Made by a program: the position numbers and the translations under genes. A DNA stretch of 46,601 nt, taken from positions 1-46,601 of the forward strand of contig JBKHEN010000001.1 of assembly GCA_046540795.1 (NCBI GenBank). Direction: 5' to 3'. Under the pieces are notes generated by a model. The model had not been told where the DNA came from. It made no database searches and saw nothing but the letters and a program-made list of their open reading frames with translations. The DNA is from Spirochaetaceae bacterium (GTDB lineage: Bacteria; Spirochaetota; Spirochaetia; DSM-27196; PWMO01). Below are positions 45,801 through 46,601 of the stretch, piece by piece; within the stretch, counting starts at the first letter, position 1; each line of letters starts with the position of its first letter.

Positions 45801-46489
45801 GAACCGGGCTCGCCATTAACCTTGCCATCGCGGCGCTACCGGCCGTTCTCTTTGTCGGCTGGTCAACGAACCGAACCCGCATCTCTTACCGGGAGCACTA
45901 CGTTGCTTTCCTCGCCGGCCTTCTCGCCATCATTCCGGCGTTCCCGGCAATGCTCCTGCTCTCCGGCGCGTTCTCCGGCGTGGGCGGCGCGGGCGCGGAG
46001 CTCCTGCAGGCCTTCGTGGTTGCCGGCCTGGTGGAGGAAACGGCCAAGCTGGCTCCGGTATCCTGGGTGCTGCAGCGACACCGCGTGGCCGAGCGGGACA
46101 TAACCGGTTCCGGCGGCGGTAAGCGCCGGCGGCCGCCACGGAAGCGCAGCCCCGCGCCGATTTCCCTGGCCGTGACGGCGGGGCTCGGTTTCGCGTTCCT
46201 TGAAAACGGGTTCTACCTTGCCGGCTCCTCGTCCCTGCTTTTGATGCGCGCCATCCTGGCCGTGCCCTTACACGGGGCCACGGCGGCCTTTCTGGGTATT
46301 GCGCTTGCGGAAGCGCATCAGACCGCGGAGAAGCCCGGGCTGCCTGCCTTGGGGCTTGCGGGGGCGACACTGGTACACGGCTTGTACGACCTTGCCGCAC
46401 GGCACGTCCCGGCGCTTGCCCCGGTGGTGGTGGCCGCCGCCATTGTACCGGCGGTGATGCTGGCAAATAGAGCAAGACCCACCCCTTGA
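45797..46489 (+). CDS. PrsW-family intramembrane metalloprotease
   Basis: Motifs GLVEETAKL, FAFLENGFY, PLHGATAAF and LVHGLYD. I chose the GTG at 45797, which overlaps the hisC stop (GTGA). The ORF-track start at 45695 would overlap hisC by 106 nt. Confidence 0.7.
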   Translation: MRTGLAINLAIAALPAVLFVGWSTNRTRISYREHYVAFLAGLLAIIPAFPAMLLLSGAFSGVGGAGAELLQAFVVAGLVEETAKLAPVSWVLQRHRVAERDITGSGGGKRRRPPRKRSPAPISLAVTAGLGFAFLENGFYLAGSSSLLLMRAILAVPLHGATAAFLGIALAEAHQTAEKPGLPALGLAGATLVHGLYDLAARHVPALAPVVVAAAIVPAVMLANRARPTP

Positions 46490-46514
46490 CGGGTGGACGT
46501 GTTATTCGTACATT
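46486..46514 (+). promoter_or_regulatory. Candidate promoter TTGACG-N17-TACATT for the downstream tRNA
   Basis: TTGACG at 46486-46491 and TACATT at 46509-46514. The -10 element ends 14 nt before the tRNA 5' end. Confidence 0.4.
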
Positions 46515-46528
46515 AAGCGCAAACACGA

Positions 46529-46601
46529 CGCAGGGTAGAGCAGCTGGCAGCTCGTCGGGCTCATAACCCGGAGGTCGCAGGTTCGAATCCTGCCCCTGCT
46601 A
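46529..46601 (+). tRNA. Initiator-type tRNA-Met (anticodon CAT), ends at the window edge at the discriminator base
   Basis: Hand fold: CGCAGGG-TA-GAGC-AGCTGGCA-GCTC-G-TCGGG-CTCATAA-CCCGG-AGGTC-GCAGG-TTCGAAT-CCTGC-CCCTGCT-A. Initiator hallmarks are a 1:72 mismatch (C-U), three consecutive G:C pairs closing the anticodon stem, and A11:U24. It is very similar to E. coli tRNA-fMet. Confidence 0.8.

Overview
This is a visibly GC-rich 46.6-kb chromosomal window packed on both strands with about 47 protein genes and 2 tRNAs. I saw no rRNA, CRISPR array, transposase, integrase or phage genes. CDS coordinates include the stop codon, and several starts were moved inward from the ORF-track maximum (reasons are in each evidence field).

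The backbone is housekeeping:
- rny-ymdB-tlyA (-)
- rpsB-tsf-frr-uppS-cdsA-rseP (+)
- rpsF-ssb-rpsR-yybS-like-rplI-dnaB-comFB-like (-)
- pyk, argH, clpB, hisC and maf

Three things match what I remember of spirochaete chromosomes: tsf directly followed by frr, cdsA directly followed by rseP, and the rpsF-ssb-rpsR-rplI-dnaB block together with a BMP-family gene. I therefore infer, unverified, a GC-rich member or relative of Spirochaetota.

The parts most worth a second look are:
1. A TetR-flanked cysteate synthase plus alpha-oxoamine-synthase pair, which looks like a sulfonolipid (capnine-type) head-group module.
2. A nitrogen module: a GAF/sigma-54 activator, a textbook -24/-12 promoter, amt-glnK, and a 1297-aa GlnE carrying an N-terminal GlnD-like double-ACT extension.
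3. Ribosomal protein S18 with an apparently obligatory ~140-aa acidic plus RGG-repeat N-terminal extension. S2 and L9 carry acidic tails.
4. Two near-consensus promoters placed so that the ATG sits at the predicted transcription start, suggesting leaderless mRNAs.

Nothing here was checked against a database. All family calls rest on motifs I recognise in the translations.
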